A stretch of DNA of 64,000 nt from Rhodospirillaceae bacterium (GTDB lineage Bacteria > Pseudomonadota > Alphaproteobacteria > UBA6615). The position numbers and the translations under genes are program-made. Position 1 is the stretch's first letter; every line of letters starts with the position of its first letter. This document shows positions 31,097-40,248 of the stretch, in pieces. Location of the stretch: the NCBI GenBank assembly GCA_038117265.1, contig JAYOFO010000003.1, positions 10,865 through 74,864 of the forward strand. The letters run 5' to 3'. The notes beneath the pieces were generated by a model. The model had not been told where the DNA came from and ran no database searches. It saw only the letters and a program-made list of their open reading frames with translations.

Positions 31097-31921
31097 ATGA
31101 ACGACGAGGATTTCGGAACGCTGCGCATCGAGCGCCGCGACGAGGTCGCGGTGATCCACATGATCAACCTGACCGAAGGCATCCAGGCGGGCCGCACGCT
31201 CGACTTCCACTGGGAGATCGGGCTGGCCCTGTCGAAGCTGCGCGACGACCAGGGGGTGCGGGTGGTCATCCTGACGGGCGCGCGCGACGGCGAGTTCATG
31301 GTCGCGCCGCGCACCGACGTCTATGAGGAGCCGGGCGCGCTGGGCGGACACAACGACCCGAAGGGCTCGTGGAAGGTCTTCAACGGGATCATCCGCGCCC
31401 ACCAGGCGCTGACCGAGATGGAGAAGCCGGTGATCGCGCGGGTCAACGGCGACGCGGTCGGGTTCGGCCAGAGCCTGATGCTGGGCTGCGACATTATCGT
31501 CGCGCGCGAGGATGCGCGCATCGCCGACATGCACATGGCGATGGGCGACGTCGCGCCCTATGGCCCGCCCTTCGCGATCGTGCCGGGAGACGGTGGGGCC
31601 TCGCTGATCCCGCTCTACATGGCGCCGCCGCTGGCCAAGGAGTACCTGATGCTCGGCAAGGAATACACCGCGCGCCAGCTCGCCGATCTGCACATGATAA
31701 ACTATGCCGTGCCGCTGGCCGACCTCGACAAGGAGGTCGACCGGCTGGTCGGCAAGCTGCTGGAGAAGCCGCCGCTGGCGCTCGCCTGGACCAAGCGCTC
31801 GGTCAACCGCTACATCGCGGCCCAGCACAACCAGACGCTGGACGCCTCGGCCGCCTACGAGATGGTCAACTTCCTGCAGTGGGAGCGCGCCGGCTTCAAG
31901 CAGGACATGGACTTCGAGTAG
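31097..31921 (+). CDS. Enoyl-CoA hydratase/isomerase (crotonase) family protein
   Basis: 274 aa with VVILTGA...F, KPVIARVNGDAVGFG and a crotonase-like C-terminal helix. Confidence 0.82.
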   Translation: MNDEDFGTLRIERRDEVAVIHMINLTEGIQAGRTLDFHWEIGLALSKLRDDQGVRVVILTGARDGEFMVAPRTDVYEEPGALGGHNDPKGSWKVFNGIIRAHQALTEMEKPVIARVNGDAVGFGQSLMLGCDIIVAREDARIADMHMAMGDVAPYGPPFAIVPGDGGASLIPLYMAPPLAKEYLMLGKEYTARQLADLHMINYAVPLADLDKEVDRLVGKLLEKPPLALAWTKRSVNRYIAAQHNQTLDASAAYEMVNFLQWERAGFKQDMDFE

Positions 31922-31939
31922 CGGCCGCTAGACCCTTGG

Positions 31940-32662
31940 CTACGCCCGCCGGCCCGCATGCGGGCTGCCGGGCGCGTGGGTGACGTATTCGAGCACGTGT
32001 CGGCCGGGCCACTCCTCGCCCCGGTCGGCCTCGATGAAACGCGGCTCGAAGGAATAGTCGTCGGGGCCCAGCTCGGTTCCCTCCCACAGCACGCCGTGCT
32101 TGGCCCAGCCCGTCACCGACAGCAGCTTGCGGCCGCGGATGATCCCGCGCGAGACCGCGATACGCGGGAAGCGCTCGGCGCGGTACCAGCGCCCCAGCTC
32201 TTCGTCGTCTTCGACGGCATCGGTGTTGTACGAGCCGATCTGCATCGCCGAGGGCGGACCCATACAATAGGGGGCGGCGCGTTCTTCCGGCCCGTTCACG
32301 ACCAGTTCCTCGATGAAGGTGCACACCCGATGGTTCCGCCAGGCGCGCAGCGACCCTGCGTGTTAGAGGCGCAACGCATCGATGCCGTTGCCCAGGCCCA
32401 GAAACGTGTTGGTCGATGCCCCTGCGGTCAGGATGACGTTCTGCCAACCGGTCGCCACCGGCGGGTCGGTCGTCTCCTGCCGGGTGGGCGCGCCCGGAAT
32501 GTAGGGGCGTTCGGGGTGGGCGACGATGTCGTAGTGCCCGATCCAGGCGACCCCCGGTGCCGCCTGGACGGCCGGCAGGAAGGTGTCGTGCAGCCAGGCG
32601 CGGTGCGCGTCGCGGCCGCCCCCATACAGGTCGAACCAGTCGGCTCGCAGGACCTCACCCAT
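31940..32662 (-). pseudogene. Hypothetical protein, either one ORF broken by in-frame TAA (32363-32365) or two in-frame adjacent genes
   Basis: Track ORFs 32363-32662 and 31940-32326 share one frame. The 12 codons between the TAA and the GTG keep a GC3 bias. Both halves show a similar W..RAW/RWY...P.....PG motif pattern. Family not recognised. Confidence 0.4.
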
Positions 32663-32701
32663 CTCGTGTCTCCTTCGCCCGTGGAATCGGCGCCGACCGC
32701 G

Positions 32702-33472
32702 TCAGACCATCACCTCGCCGCCGCACACCGCAAGTGTCTGGCCCGACATGAACGAACTAGCCGGCGAGGCGAGGAAGATCACGGCGCCGACCAGGTCGTC
32801 GGGAACGCCCGGGCGCTTCAACAGACGCTTGCCCTGGATGAAGCCGTGCAGGTCGTCATCCATACTCGCATGATCGACCTCGGTGGTGGTGTAGCCGGGC
32901 ATCAGCGTGTTGACGTTGATGTTGTGGTCACCCAGTTCGCGCGCCAGCACACGGGTCATGCCGATGATCGCCGACTTCGAGGTGACGTAGTGCAGGAAGC
33001 CCGGTACGCCCTGCGGCACGGTGCCCGAGGAGACGTTGATGATCCGGCCGCGGCCCGCCGCGCGCATCGTCGGCGCGACCGCCCGGGCACAGAGATACGA
33101 TCCGGTGATGTTCACCCGGATGACGCGGTCCCACTCGTCCAGGGGGATCTCGTCGAACGGGCACCGCGGGATGGTCGCGAAGACCGCCGCATTGTTGACC
33201 AGCACGTCGACCCGCCCGTGGGCGTCGAGGGCGGCGGCGACCATGGCCTCGACCGAGCCGGAATCGGCCACATCCGTCTCGACGGCAAGCGCGCGCCCGC
33301 CTGCAGCCTCGATTTCCGCCGCGACCCTGGCCACGTTCGCGCCGTTGATGTCGGCGAGCACCGGTATGGCGCCGGCCTCGGCGAAGGCGAGGGCGTACTC
33401 GCGGCCCAGCCCCTGGCCGGCGCCGGTGATGATGACGATTTGGTCGCTGACGTCGAAGCGATCGGTTCCCAT
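32702..33472 (-). CDS. SDR family oxidoreductase
   Basis: ITGAGQGLG, NNAA and YVTSK motifs. 256 aa. Confidence 0.88.
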   Translation of the reverse strand: MGTDRFDVSDQIVIITGAGQGLGREYALAFAEAGAIPVLADINGANVARVAAEIEAAGGRALAVETDVADSGSVEAMVAAALDAHGRVDVLVNNAAVFATIPRCPFDEIPLDEWDRVIRVNITGSYLCARAVAPTMRAAGRGRIINVSSGTVPQGVPGFLHYVTSKSAIIGMTRVLARELGDHNINVNTLMPGYTTTEVDHASMDDDLHGFIQGKRLLKRPGVPDDLVGAVIFLASPASSFMSGQTLAVCGGEVMV

Positions 33473-33495
33473 GGTTTCCTCCCTGTTTGTCGGTG

Positions 33496-33894
33496 TCAGG
33501 CCCCGACCCGGTTCGCGACCTCGATCAGGTTGCCGTCGGGGTCGCGGAAGTAGATCGAGTTGAGCGGCCCCGTCGCGCCGGTGCGCGGCACGGGGCCCTG
33601 GATGATCTCGATTCCCAGCCCCCGGACATGCGCCAGCACGCCCTCGATCGGGTCTTCGGTCAGGAAGCACACGTCGGCGCTGCCGGGCAGGGGCGTCGTC
33701 GCCTTGGGCTCGAACTCGTGGCCGGCCAGGTGCAGGTTGATCTTCTGGTCGCCGAAACGCAACGCGGTGCGCCCGCCCTCGAAGGTCTCCACGGTCATGC
33801 CCAGGGTTCGGACGTAGAAATCGCAGGCCGCCTCGATCGAGGCGACGGTGAAGACGATGTGGTCGAGGGACGCGATGGTGACGGGTGCGGTCAT
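33496..33894 (-). CDS. VOC family protein (glyoxalase-like)
   Basis: 132 aa with LDHIVFTV...FY...LGM and YFRDPDGNLIEV. Confidence 0.82.
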   Translation of the reverse strand: MTAPVTIASLDHIVFTVASIEAACDFYVRTLGMTVETFEGGRTALRFGDQKINLHLAGHEFEPKATTPLPGSADVCFLTEDPIEGVLAHVRGLGIEIIQGPVPRTGATGPLNSIYFRDPDGNLIEVANRVGA

Positions 33895-33908
33895 GTTCCG
33901 GCCTCCGG

Positions 33909-34655
33909 TCAGACGACGGGTTCGTAGGGGTGGGTGTCGGGCCGTCCGGCCGCGAACCGCCAGATCCGGTCGCGCTCGGGGCGATCGGCGGCGGGCAGGG
34001 CGAGCAGCGTGCTCGACACCGTGCCGTAGCCCCGGTCGGTGACGATGCACATGGTCTCGCGCGGGTCTTCCCCGGCATCGTGCAGACGCGTGGCGAGCAG
34101 CGATGTCCAGCCCGACCAGTCGTCACCGTCCACGTCGGGTTCGGGCGCGGCACGGAAGCGGGGCAGGAACCGGCCGAGACGCTGGCTCGCCGTATCGTCG
34201 AGCTCGCGCGAGGTGATCATGTGCAGGCCCAGCGGAATCTCGAACACCTCGACGGCGGGTGCCTCGGTGCCGCGGATCCACCAGGCGGTGGCATTGTCGG
34301 CAACGACCAGGTTGAACGAGCGGTAGGCGCTGCCGTCGAGTGCGCCGAGCGCCGTGGCGGCCGCCGCGGCATCGGCATGGTCGACCGCCTCGAGGACCAG
34401 TTCGCCGCGCGAGCGCTTGCCGACGGTCGGGCCCAGCGAGCCCTCGCGGTTGAGGATCGCGGCGGCGACGTCGTTGTCGTTGACGGCGATCCAGGTGCCG
34501 CCGGCCAGCTCGTCGAGGCCGCCGACCACGTCGGTCCGGTCGGGCCAGTGGCGCGCGGGCGGCTGCCAGGCACGGTCGGTCATCTCGTCCCGGTTGGCGG
34601 CGAGCAGCAGCGGCCAGGCGTGGCCGGGGCGGCGGAGGATGACAAGCGTGCACAT
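33909..34655 (-). CDS. NRDE family protein (TANGO2-like, DUF833)
   Basis: MCTLVILRRP...LLLAANRDE...GGTW is the NRDE family signature. 248 aa. Confidence 0.85.
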   Translation of the reverse strand: MCTLVILRRPGHAWPLLLAANRDEMTDRAWQPPARHWPDRTDVVGGLDELAGGTWIAVNDNDVAAAILNREGSLGPTVGKRSRGELVLEAVDHADAAAAATALGALDGSAYRSFNLVVADNATAWWIRGTEAPAVEVFEIPLGLHMITSRELDDTASQRLGRFLPRFRAAPEPDVDGDDWSGWTSLLATRLHDAGEDPRETMCIVTDRGYGTVSSTLLALPAADRPERDRIWRFAAGRPDTHPYEPVV

Positions 34656-34748
34656 GGAGGATTTTTCAATTCAAACCGGGGCGCGGGATCACTATATCTA
34701 TGTTGCACATGCGAGCGGCAAGTGCCGAACCGGGAGAGTGGCAGAGCC

Positions 34749-35072
34749 ATGTCGACATTTGACGAGCGCGAAAAGGGCTTTGAGAACAAGTTTAAGCGCG
34801 ACGAAGAGTTCAAGTTCAAGGCGACGGCGCGTCGCAACAAGCTGCTGGGCCTGTGGGCGGCCGCGCAGATGGGATTGGCCGGCGCCGACGCCGATGCCTA
34901 TGCGCAGGAGGTGATCAAGTCCGACTTCGAGCGTCCGGGCGACGACGATGTGCTCGAAAAGGTCTTTGGCGACCTACAGGCCAAGGGTGTCGACACGTCG
35001 GAACACATCGTTCGCAAGCACATGGACGAGCTGCTGAGCGAGGCGATGCAGCAGATTCACGACGGCGTCTGA
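34749..35072 (+). CDS. DUF1476 protein, zeta-subunit-type F1-ATPase inhibitor
   Basis: 107 aa. MSTFDEREKGFENKFKRDEEFKFKATARRNKLLGLWAA... closely resembles the Paracoccus zeta-subunit pattern as I recall it. Confidence 0.85.
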   Translation: MSTFDEREKGFENKFKRDEEFKFKATARRNKLLGLWAAAQMGLAGADADAYAQEVIKSDFERPGDDDVLEKVFGDLQAKGVDTSEHIVRKHMDELLSEAMQQIHDGV

Positions 35073-35096
35073 ACGCACGCCGATCTGCAAGAAATG

Positions 35097-35130
35097 CCGA
35101 GGCGCCCCTGCGGGGCGCCTTTCGGCTTTC
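35097..35130 (+). terminator. Rho-independent-type terminator hairpin after DUF1476
   Basis: AGGCGCCCC-UGC-GGGGCGCCU 9-bp stem followed by the U-rich stretch UUCGGCUUUC. Confidence 0.5.
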
Positions 35131-35152
35131 CGGACATCCGAAGGAGATGGGA

Positions 35153-35446
35153 ATGGCGAAGGCTTACTGGGTCGCCGCGTATCACGAAATCCGAGATGCG
35201 GAGAAGCTGGCGGCGTACGCAAAGATCGCGGGCCCCGCGATCGTGGCGGCCGGCGGACGGTTCCTGACGCGCGGTAATGCGGCGAAGGTCTACGAGGCCG
35301 GAATCCTGCAGCGGACCACCGTCATCGAGTTCCCCTCGCTGGAAGCCGCGGTCGCGCTGCATGACGGGCCGGAATACCAGCACGCACTCCAGGTGCTGGG
35401 CGACGGGGTCACGCGCGACGTGCGTCTCGTCGAGGGCGTCGAATAA
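35153..35446 (+). CDS. DUF1330 domain protein
   Basis: 97 aa. MAKAYWVAAYHEIRDAEKLAAY...VIEFPSLEAA..... Y is the DUF1330 pattern. RBS AAGGAG 6 nt upstream. Confidence 0.82.
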   Translation: MAKAYWVAAYHEIRDAEKLAAYAKIAGPAIVAAGGRFLTRGNAAKVYEAGILQRTTVIEFPSLEAAVALHDGPEYQHALQVLGDGVTRDVRLVEGVE

Positions 35447-35450
35447 GGGC

Positions 35451-36374
35451 CTAGCGTTTCAGCAGACCGAGTTCGCCGAGGAGTTCTGCATACTCGGCCC
35501 GTTCCGCGGCGAGGTAGTCGTGCAGCGCCGTGCCCGCGTTGTACATCGGCGACCAGCTCAGCCGCGCCAGCTCTTCGACCCAGACCGGCTGTGCGACAGC
35601 ATCCCGCAGCACCTCCTCCCAGAAGCTGACCTGCGCCGGCGATATCCCGGCCGGGCCGCTGACCCCGCGCCAGGCGCCGACCACGCACGGAACGCCCAGC
35701 TCGTCCCAGGTCGGCACGTCGGCGAAGCGGCCTTCGAGGCGCGCGGGCGCCGAGATGGCGATCAATCGCGCGTTCCGGGCCTCGACCTCGGCCAGTAGGC
35801 TCGCCGCGGTCACCGCGCACACATCGGCCTGTCCCGCCATCACGTCGGCGACCGCGTCGAGGGCGGAATCGAAGACCCGCACGATGGGTGCGTTCACATC
35901 GGACCCGGGCGCGCGCAGCAGCTTGGCCAGTGCGATGTGGTTGGGATTGCCGAGCGCGGTCGACAGCGCGACCGTGACGAGGTGGGGCTCGGTCTCCAGG
36001 CGCAGGAGCAGGTCCGCACCGCTCTCGTAGGCAGACTCGGCGCGCACCGCGAAGGCGATGTACTCGGTGACCAGGGTCGCGATCGGGGTGTAGCGGGTGT
36101 GCTCGAAGTCGGCGAGGCCGGCCAGGTAGTCGGTGGTCAGGTTGGGCGAGCTGATGCTGACGACATGGGCGTCGCCCGGATGCGCATCGACGAACTCGGT
36201 CCACACGCGGCGTGCGCCATCGCCGGCGACGTTTTCGACCGCGACCGGCACATCGGCGGCTCCGGCCGCCACGATGGCCTTTTCGAGCGCGCGCGCCACG
36301 CGGTCGAGCCCGCCGCCCGGCGGCGTGCCGGCGGCCAGGGTGAGGGCGCGTTGGGGTGTCCAGTTTCCGGTCAT
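35451..36374 (-). CDS. Bug/TctC family tripartite tricarboxylate transporter substrate-binding protein (no signal peptide seen)
   Basis: GTPPGGGLDRVAR...ENVAGDGA... is the Bug-family core. The ORF starts directly at the mature-domain region, and there is no tctA or tctB nearby. Confidence 0.7.
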   Translation of the reverse strand: MTGNWTPQRALTLAAGTPPGGGLDRVARALEKAIVAAGAADVPVAVENVAGDGARRVWTEFVDAHPGDAHVVSISSPNLTTDYLAGLADFEHTRYTPIATLVTEYIAFAVRAESAYESGADLLLRLETEPHLVTVALSTALGNPNHIALAKLLRAPGSDVNAPIVRVFDSALDAVADVMAGQADVCAVTAASLLAEVEARNARLIAISAPARLEGRFADVPTWDELGVPCVVGAWRGVSGPAGISPAQVSFWEEVLRDAVAQPVWVEELARLSWSPMYNAGTALHDYLAAERAEYAELLGELGLLKR

Positions 36375-36421
36375 GGTGCGAACTCGTGCGATGGCGACGC
36401 CGGTCAGTCTGGCATTCCCGG

Positions 36422-36754
36422 CTAGATCGTGTCGAACGGGTGCCAGCCGTCGCGATGCTCGATTTCGACGACCCAGACGTCGGGATCGCGGTCCACGTTC
36501 CGCGCGATGTAGGCATCGGCCTCGGCCTCGGGGATCGCGGCACCGTCGAGGGCCGGGAACCAGGTCAGCCTTCCATCCAGATCGCGCGCCTGGGTGAACA
36601 CCAGGCAGTCATTCTCGAGCCGGTTGACCTTGAGGATGACGGTGCCCGACTGGCGCTCGCCCCGGCGCGCGATGTAGGCCGGCACGCCGGCGTCGGAGGC
36701 GCGCCGGACGCCGGCGCTGACCCACAGCTCGGTCGGCAGGCGGGCGTCGCTCAA
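36422..36754 (-). CDS. DUF1491 family protein
   Basis: 110 aa with RLPTELWVSAGVRR....G.PAYIARRGE..SGTVILKV. The apparent TTG start abuts the purB stop. Confidence 0.75.
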   Translation of the reverse strand: MSDARLPTELWVSAGVRRASDAGVPAYIARRGERQSGTVILKVNRLENDCLVFTQARDLDGRLTWFPALDGAAIPEAEADAYIARNVDRDPDVWVVEIEHRDGWHPFDTI

Positions 36755-38068
36755 TCAGCCGTCCCCGAACACCCGTGCGAAGATCGTGTCGACATGCCGC
36801 GTGTGGTAGCCGAGGTCGAATTGCTCGGCCAGCGCGTCGGCACCGATCTTGGCCGCGACCTCGGCATCCTCCTGTAGGAAGCGCAGGAACGCGCCTTCGC
36901 GCGCGGCCTCGGGCAATTCCCAGACCCTCATCGCGTTGCGCTGGACCGCCTGGTAGGCGTCCTCGCGGCTCAAGCCGGCCTGGGTGAGCGCCAGCAGGAC
37001 GCGCTGGGAATGGACCAGCCCGCCCAGCTTCTCGAGGTTGGCGCGCATCGCCTCGGGATAGACCAGCAGCTTGTCGACGACGCCGGTCAGCCGCGCCAGC
37101 GCGAAGTCGAGGGTGACGGTCGCATCGGGGCCGATCATGCGCTCGACCGAGGAATGCGAGATGTCGCGCTCGTGCCACAGGGCGATGTTCTCGAGCGCGG
37201 GCACCACGGCGGAGCGGACGACCCGCGCGAGCCCCGTCAGGTTTTCCGTCAGGATCGGGTTGCGCTTGTGGGGCATCGCGCTCGAGCCCTTCTGGCCGGC
37301 GGCGAAGAACTCCTCGGCCTCGCGGACCTCGGTGCGCTGCAGGTGGCGGATTTCGGTCGCCAGCCGCTCGACTGCGCCGGCAATCACGCCGAGCGTGGCG
37401 AAGAACATGGCGTGGCGGTCGCGCGGGATGACCTGGGTCGAGACGGGTTCGATCCCGAGGCCGAGCTTGGCGGCGACGTGGCGTTCGACCGCCGGGTCGA
37501 TGTTGGCGAAGGTGCCGACCGCACCGGAGATCGCGCAGGTCGCGATCTCGGTCCGTGCGGCGACGAGACGGTCGCGGCAGCGCGCAAACTCGGCATGGTG
37601 GCCGGCGAGCTTGAGCCCGAACGTCGTCGGCTCGGCATGGATGCCGTGGCTGCGGCCGATGCAGACCGTGTCCTTGTGCTCGCGCGCGCGGCGCTCCAGC
37701 GCGGCGAGCAGCGCGTCGAGGTCGGCGAGCAGAATGTCGGCCGCCTGGGTGAGCTGCACCGACAGGCAGGTGTCCAGCACGTCGGACGAGGTCATGCCCT
37801 GGTGCACGAAGCGGGCATCCTCGCCCACATGTTCGGCGAGGTTGGTCAGGAAGGCGATCACGTCGTGCCGGGTCTCGCGCTCGATCTCGTCGATCCGCGC
37901 GATCTCCCACTTGCCCTTGTCCCAGACCGACTTGGCCGCCGATTTGGGGATGACGCCCAGTTCCGCCTGGGCGTCGCAGGCGTGGGCCTCGATCTCGAAC
38001 CAGATCCGGAACCGGTTCTCCGGTTCCCAGATCGCGGTCATTTCGGGGCGGCTGTAGCGGGGAATCAT
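36755..38068 (-). CDS. purB: Adenylosuccinate lyase
   Basis: MIPRYSRPEMTAIWEPENRF... and the fumarate-lyase signature SSAMPHKRNP. 437 aa. Confidence 0.96.
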   Translation of the reverse strand: MIPRYSRPEMTAIWEPENRFRIWFEIEAHACDAQAELGVIPKSAAKSVWDKGKWEIARIDEIERETRHDVIAFLTNLAEHVGEDARFVHQGMTSSDVLDTCLSVQLTQAADILLADLDALLAALERRAREHKDTVCIGRSHGIHAEPTTFGLKLAGHHAEFARCRDRLVAARTEIATCAISGAVGTFANIDPAVERHVAAKLGLGIEPVSTQVIPRDRHAMFFATLGVIAGAVERLATEIRHLQRTEVREAEEFFAAGQKGSSAMPHKRNPILTENLTGLARVVRSAVVPALENIALWHERDISHSSVERMIGPDATVTLDFALARLTGVVDKLLVYPEAMRANLEKLGGLVHSQRVLLALTQAGLSREDAYQAVQRNAMRVWELPEAAREGAFLRFLQEDAEVAAKIGADALAEQFDLGYHTRHVDTIFARVFGDG

Positions 38069-38201
38069 GGGCGCGAAAACCTCGGGTTTGTGCGGGGCAC
38101 AAAATAGGCGAGCGAGTGATACACCGGCAAGGCGAGTCGGACGGTTCGCACCGTCCGGCACCCGGATGGACATACTGTCGTGCCGCGCCTTCCCCCCGCG
38201 A

Positions 38202-39020
38202 TCAGTCGTAGGGCGGGCGGTCCCAGCCCTTCGGCGAATGGGTGAAGATCTCGACGCCGTCGGCCGTCACCCCGACCGAATGCTCGAACTGGGCCGACAG
38301 CGAGCGGTCCTTGGTCACCGCGGTCCAGCCATCGCCCAGTATCTTCACGTCGTAACGCCCGACATTCACCATCGGCTCGATGGTGAAGAACATGCCCTCG
38401 CGCAGCTCGGGTCCGGCGCCCGGCAGGCCGAAATGCAGGATCGAGGGCGCGTCGTGGAACACCTCGCCCAGCCCGTGGCCGCAGAAGTCGCGCACGACCG
38501 AGAACCGCTCCGCCTCCACATATTCCTGGATCGCGTGGCCGATGTCGCCGACGGTGGCGCCGGGGCGCACCACGTCGATCCCCTTCCACATGGCCTGGAA
38601 GGTCACGTCCATCAGCCGCTCGGCCAGTCGCTTGACCCGGCCCACGCCATACATCCGGCTGGTGTCGCCGTGCCAGCCATCGAGGATCACGGTGACGTCG
38701 ATGTTCAGGATATCGCCGTCGGCCAGCCGCTTCTCGCCGGGTATGCCGTGGCACACGACATGGTTGACCGAGGTGCAGATCGATTTCGGATAGCCGCGAT
38801 AGCCCAGCGGTGCCGGCACCGCGCCGTGATCGAGGATGAATTCGTGGCAGATGCGGTCGAGTTCCTCGGTCGTCACGCCGGGCACCACATGGGGCGTGAC
38901 GTGATCCAGGGTCTCGGCCGCCAGCCGGCCCGCGCGGCGCATGCCTTCGAAGGCATCGGGGCCGTGGATGCGGATGCGCCGGGCTTCGGAATCGAGGGTC
39001 GCTGTCTGGGTGTCGTTCAT
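38202..39020 (-). CDS. map: Type I methionine aminopeptidase
   Basis: 272 aa with CHGIP, DILNIDVT..DGWHGD, FCGHG and FTIEP metal-ligand contexts. Confidence 0.95.
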   Translation of the reverse strand: MNDTQTATLDSEARRIRIHGPDAFEGMRRAGRLAAETLDHVTPHVVPGVTTEELDRICHEFILDHGAVPAPLGYRGYPKSICTSVNHVVCHGIPGEKRLADGDILNIDVTVILDGWHGDTSRMYGVGRVKRLAERLMDVTFQAMWKGIDVVRPGATVGDIGHAIQEYVEAERFSVVRDFCGHGLGEVFHDAPSILHFGLPGAGPELREGMFFTIEPMVNVGRYDVKILGDGWTAVTKDRSLSAQFEHSVGVTADGVEIFTHSPKGWDRPPYD

Positions 39021-39042
39021 GGTTCGCGCGCCCGTCTGCGGG

Positions 39043-39756
39043 TCATGTGTCGATCGGCAGGGGCCGTGAAATTTCGATGCGTTCCAGCGCAACGTCGCAC
39101 GCATAGCAGACCGCCTCAACCCCCCGCTGCCGGGCATCCGCGAACGCCGCGGCATAGGCGGGGTCGATGTCGTCGGCCAGCGTGAACCGGTCGTAGTCGC
39201 CGCGCTGGACGACATAGACCATCACGGCGCGTGCGCCGGCCTCGACCATGTTCGCCATTTCGCGCAGATGCTTGGCGCCGCGCGCCGTGACGCTGTCGGG
39301 GAACTCGGCCCGGCCCGTGTCGGCGGCCGCGTCGCGCTTCAGGTGGACGTTCTTGATCTCGACATAGCAGTCCGGTTTCCCGGCGGCCTCCAGCAGGATG
39401 TCGATGCGCGAGTTCGTACCGTACTTCACTTCGCGGCGCAGCCCGTCATAACCGGCGAGTTCGGCGATCTGCCCCGCGGCGATCGCCTCGGCGACCAGCG
39501 GGTTGGGGTGGGCGGTGTTGATGCCCACCAGATGCACGCCGACGCGCGCCAGCTCCCATGTGTACTTCAGCTTGCGGTTCGGGTTGCGCGCGGGCAAGAC
39601 GAACACCTCGGCGCCCGGCGCGGCGAGGCCCGTCATCGCACCCGGGTTGGGGCAGCGGGCGGTCACCGCCTTGCCACCGTCGAGTTCAATATCGGCGAGG
39701 AACCGCTTGTAGCGCCGGACGAGGCGCGCGGGGATCAGGGGATCGGGGAATTCCAT
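39043..39756 (-). CDS. sfsA: Sugar fermentation stimulation protein SfsA family nuclease-like protein
   Basis: 237 aa with LVRRYKRFLADIEL..G...A.CPNPG and VEIKNV..., the SfsA pattern. Confidence 0.88.
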   Translation of the reverse strand: MEFPDPLIPARLVRRYKRFLADIELDGGKAVTARCPNPGAMTGLAAPGAEVFVLPARNPNRKLKYTWELARVGVHLVGINTAHPNPLVAEAIAAGQIAELAGYDGLRREVKYGTNSRIDILLEAAGKPDCYVEIKNVHLKRDAAADTGRAEFPDSVTARGAKHLREMANMVEAGARAVMVYVVQRGDYDRFTLADDIDPAYAAAFADARQRGVEAVCYACDVALERIEISRPLPIDT

Positions 39757-39906
39757 ATCGGCGGGAACATATGAGGCGGGCAAACCGGGATCAACCGCGC
39801 GCCACAGCGCAGACCCGGGTACGGGGCCGCGCATACGCGGCATTTTGACTGGCCGTGCAATGGCGTGATACTGGCAGCACAACGTCTCGAATCGGGGTGC
39901 GAGGGC

Positions 39907-40224
39907 ATGCAGGCAAGGATCGCAATATCGCTCGCTGCGCTTCTGACGCTCGCCGCGTGCGGCGGGACCAGCGAGGTATGGGTCAAGGAAGGCGTCAGCC
40001 GCGCGCAGGTGCGCGCCGACCAGGCGAACTGCCGCGCCCAGGCGGATGCCGCGCTGGGCCGCACCGCCGACGTGACGTCCGACATCCGCGGTTCGTTGCG
40101 CGGCGGGCGCGAGGACACGCGCGACCTCGTGGCCAGCACCCGCGACTACGGGACCGCGAAGCGGTACGACCGCACGATCGCCCAGTGCATGCGCCTGCTC
40201 GGCTACACCCACCCGTCCAACTAA
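39907..40224 (+). CDS. Small lipoprotein (hypothetical)
   Basis: MQARIAISLAALLTLAAC lipobox (LAAC). 105 aa, two further Cys, TAA stop. Confidence 0.6.
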   Translation: MQARIAISLAALLTLAACGGTSEVWVKEGVSRAQVRADQANCRAQADAALGRTADVTSDIRGSLRGGREDTRDLVASTRDYGTAKRYDRTIAQCMRLLGYTHPSN

Positions 40225-40248
40225 CGCGCTTTCCGGACCCGAACGACC

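Noticed and set aside
36752-36757. The TTG start of DUF1491 abutting the purB stop as evidence of a purB-DUF1491 fusion or read-through
   Set aside because: The purB C-terminus is of normal length and DUF1491 is a separate frame-contiguous gene with its usual N-terminal motif. Tight coupling with a rare start codon is sufficient explanation.
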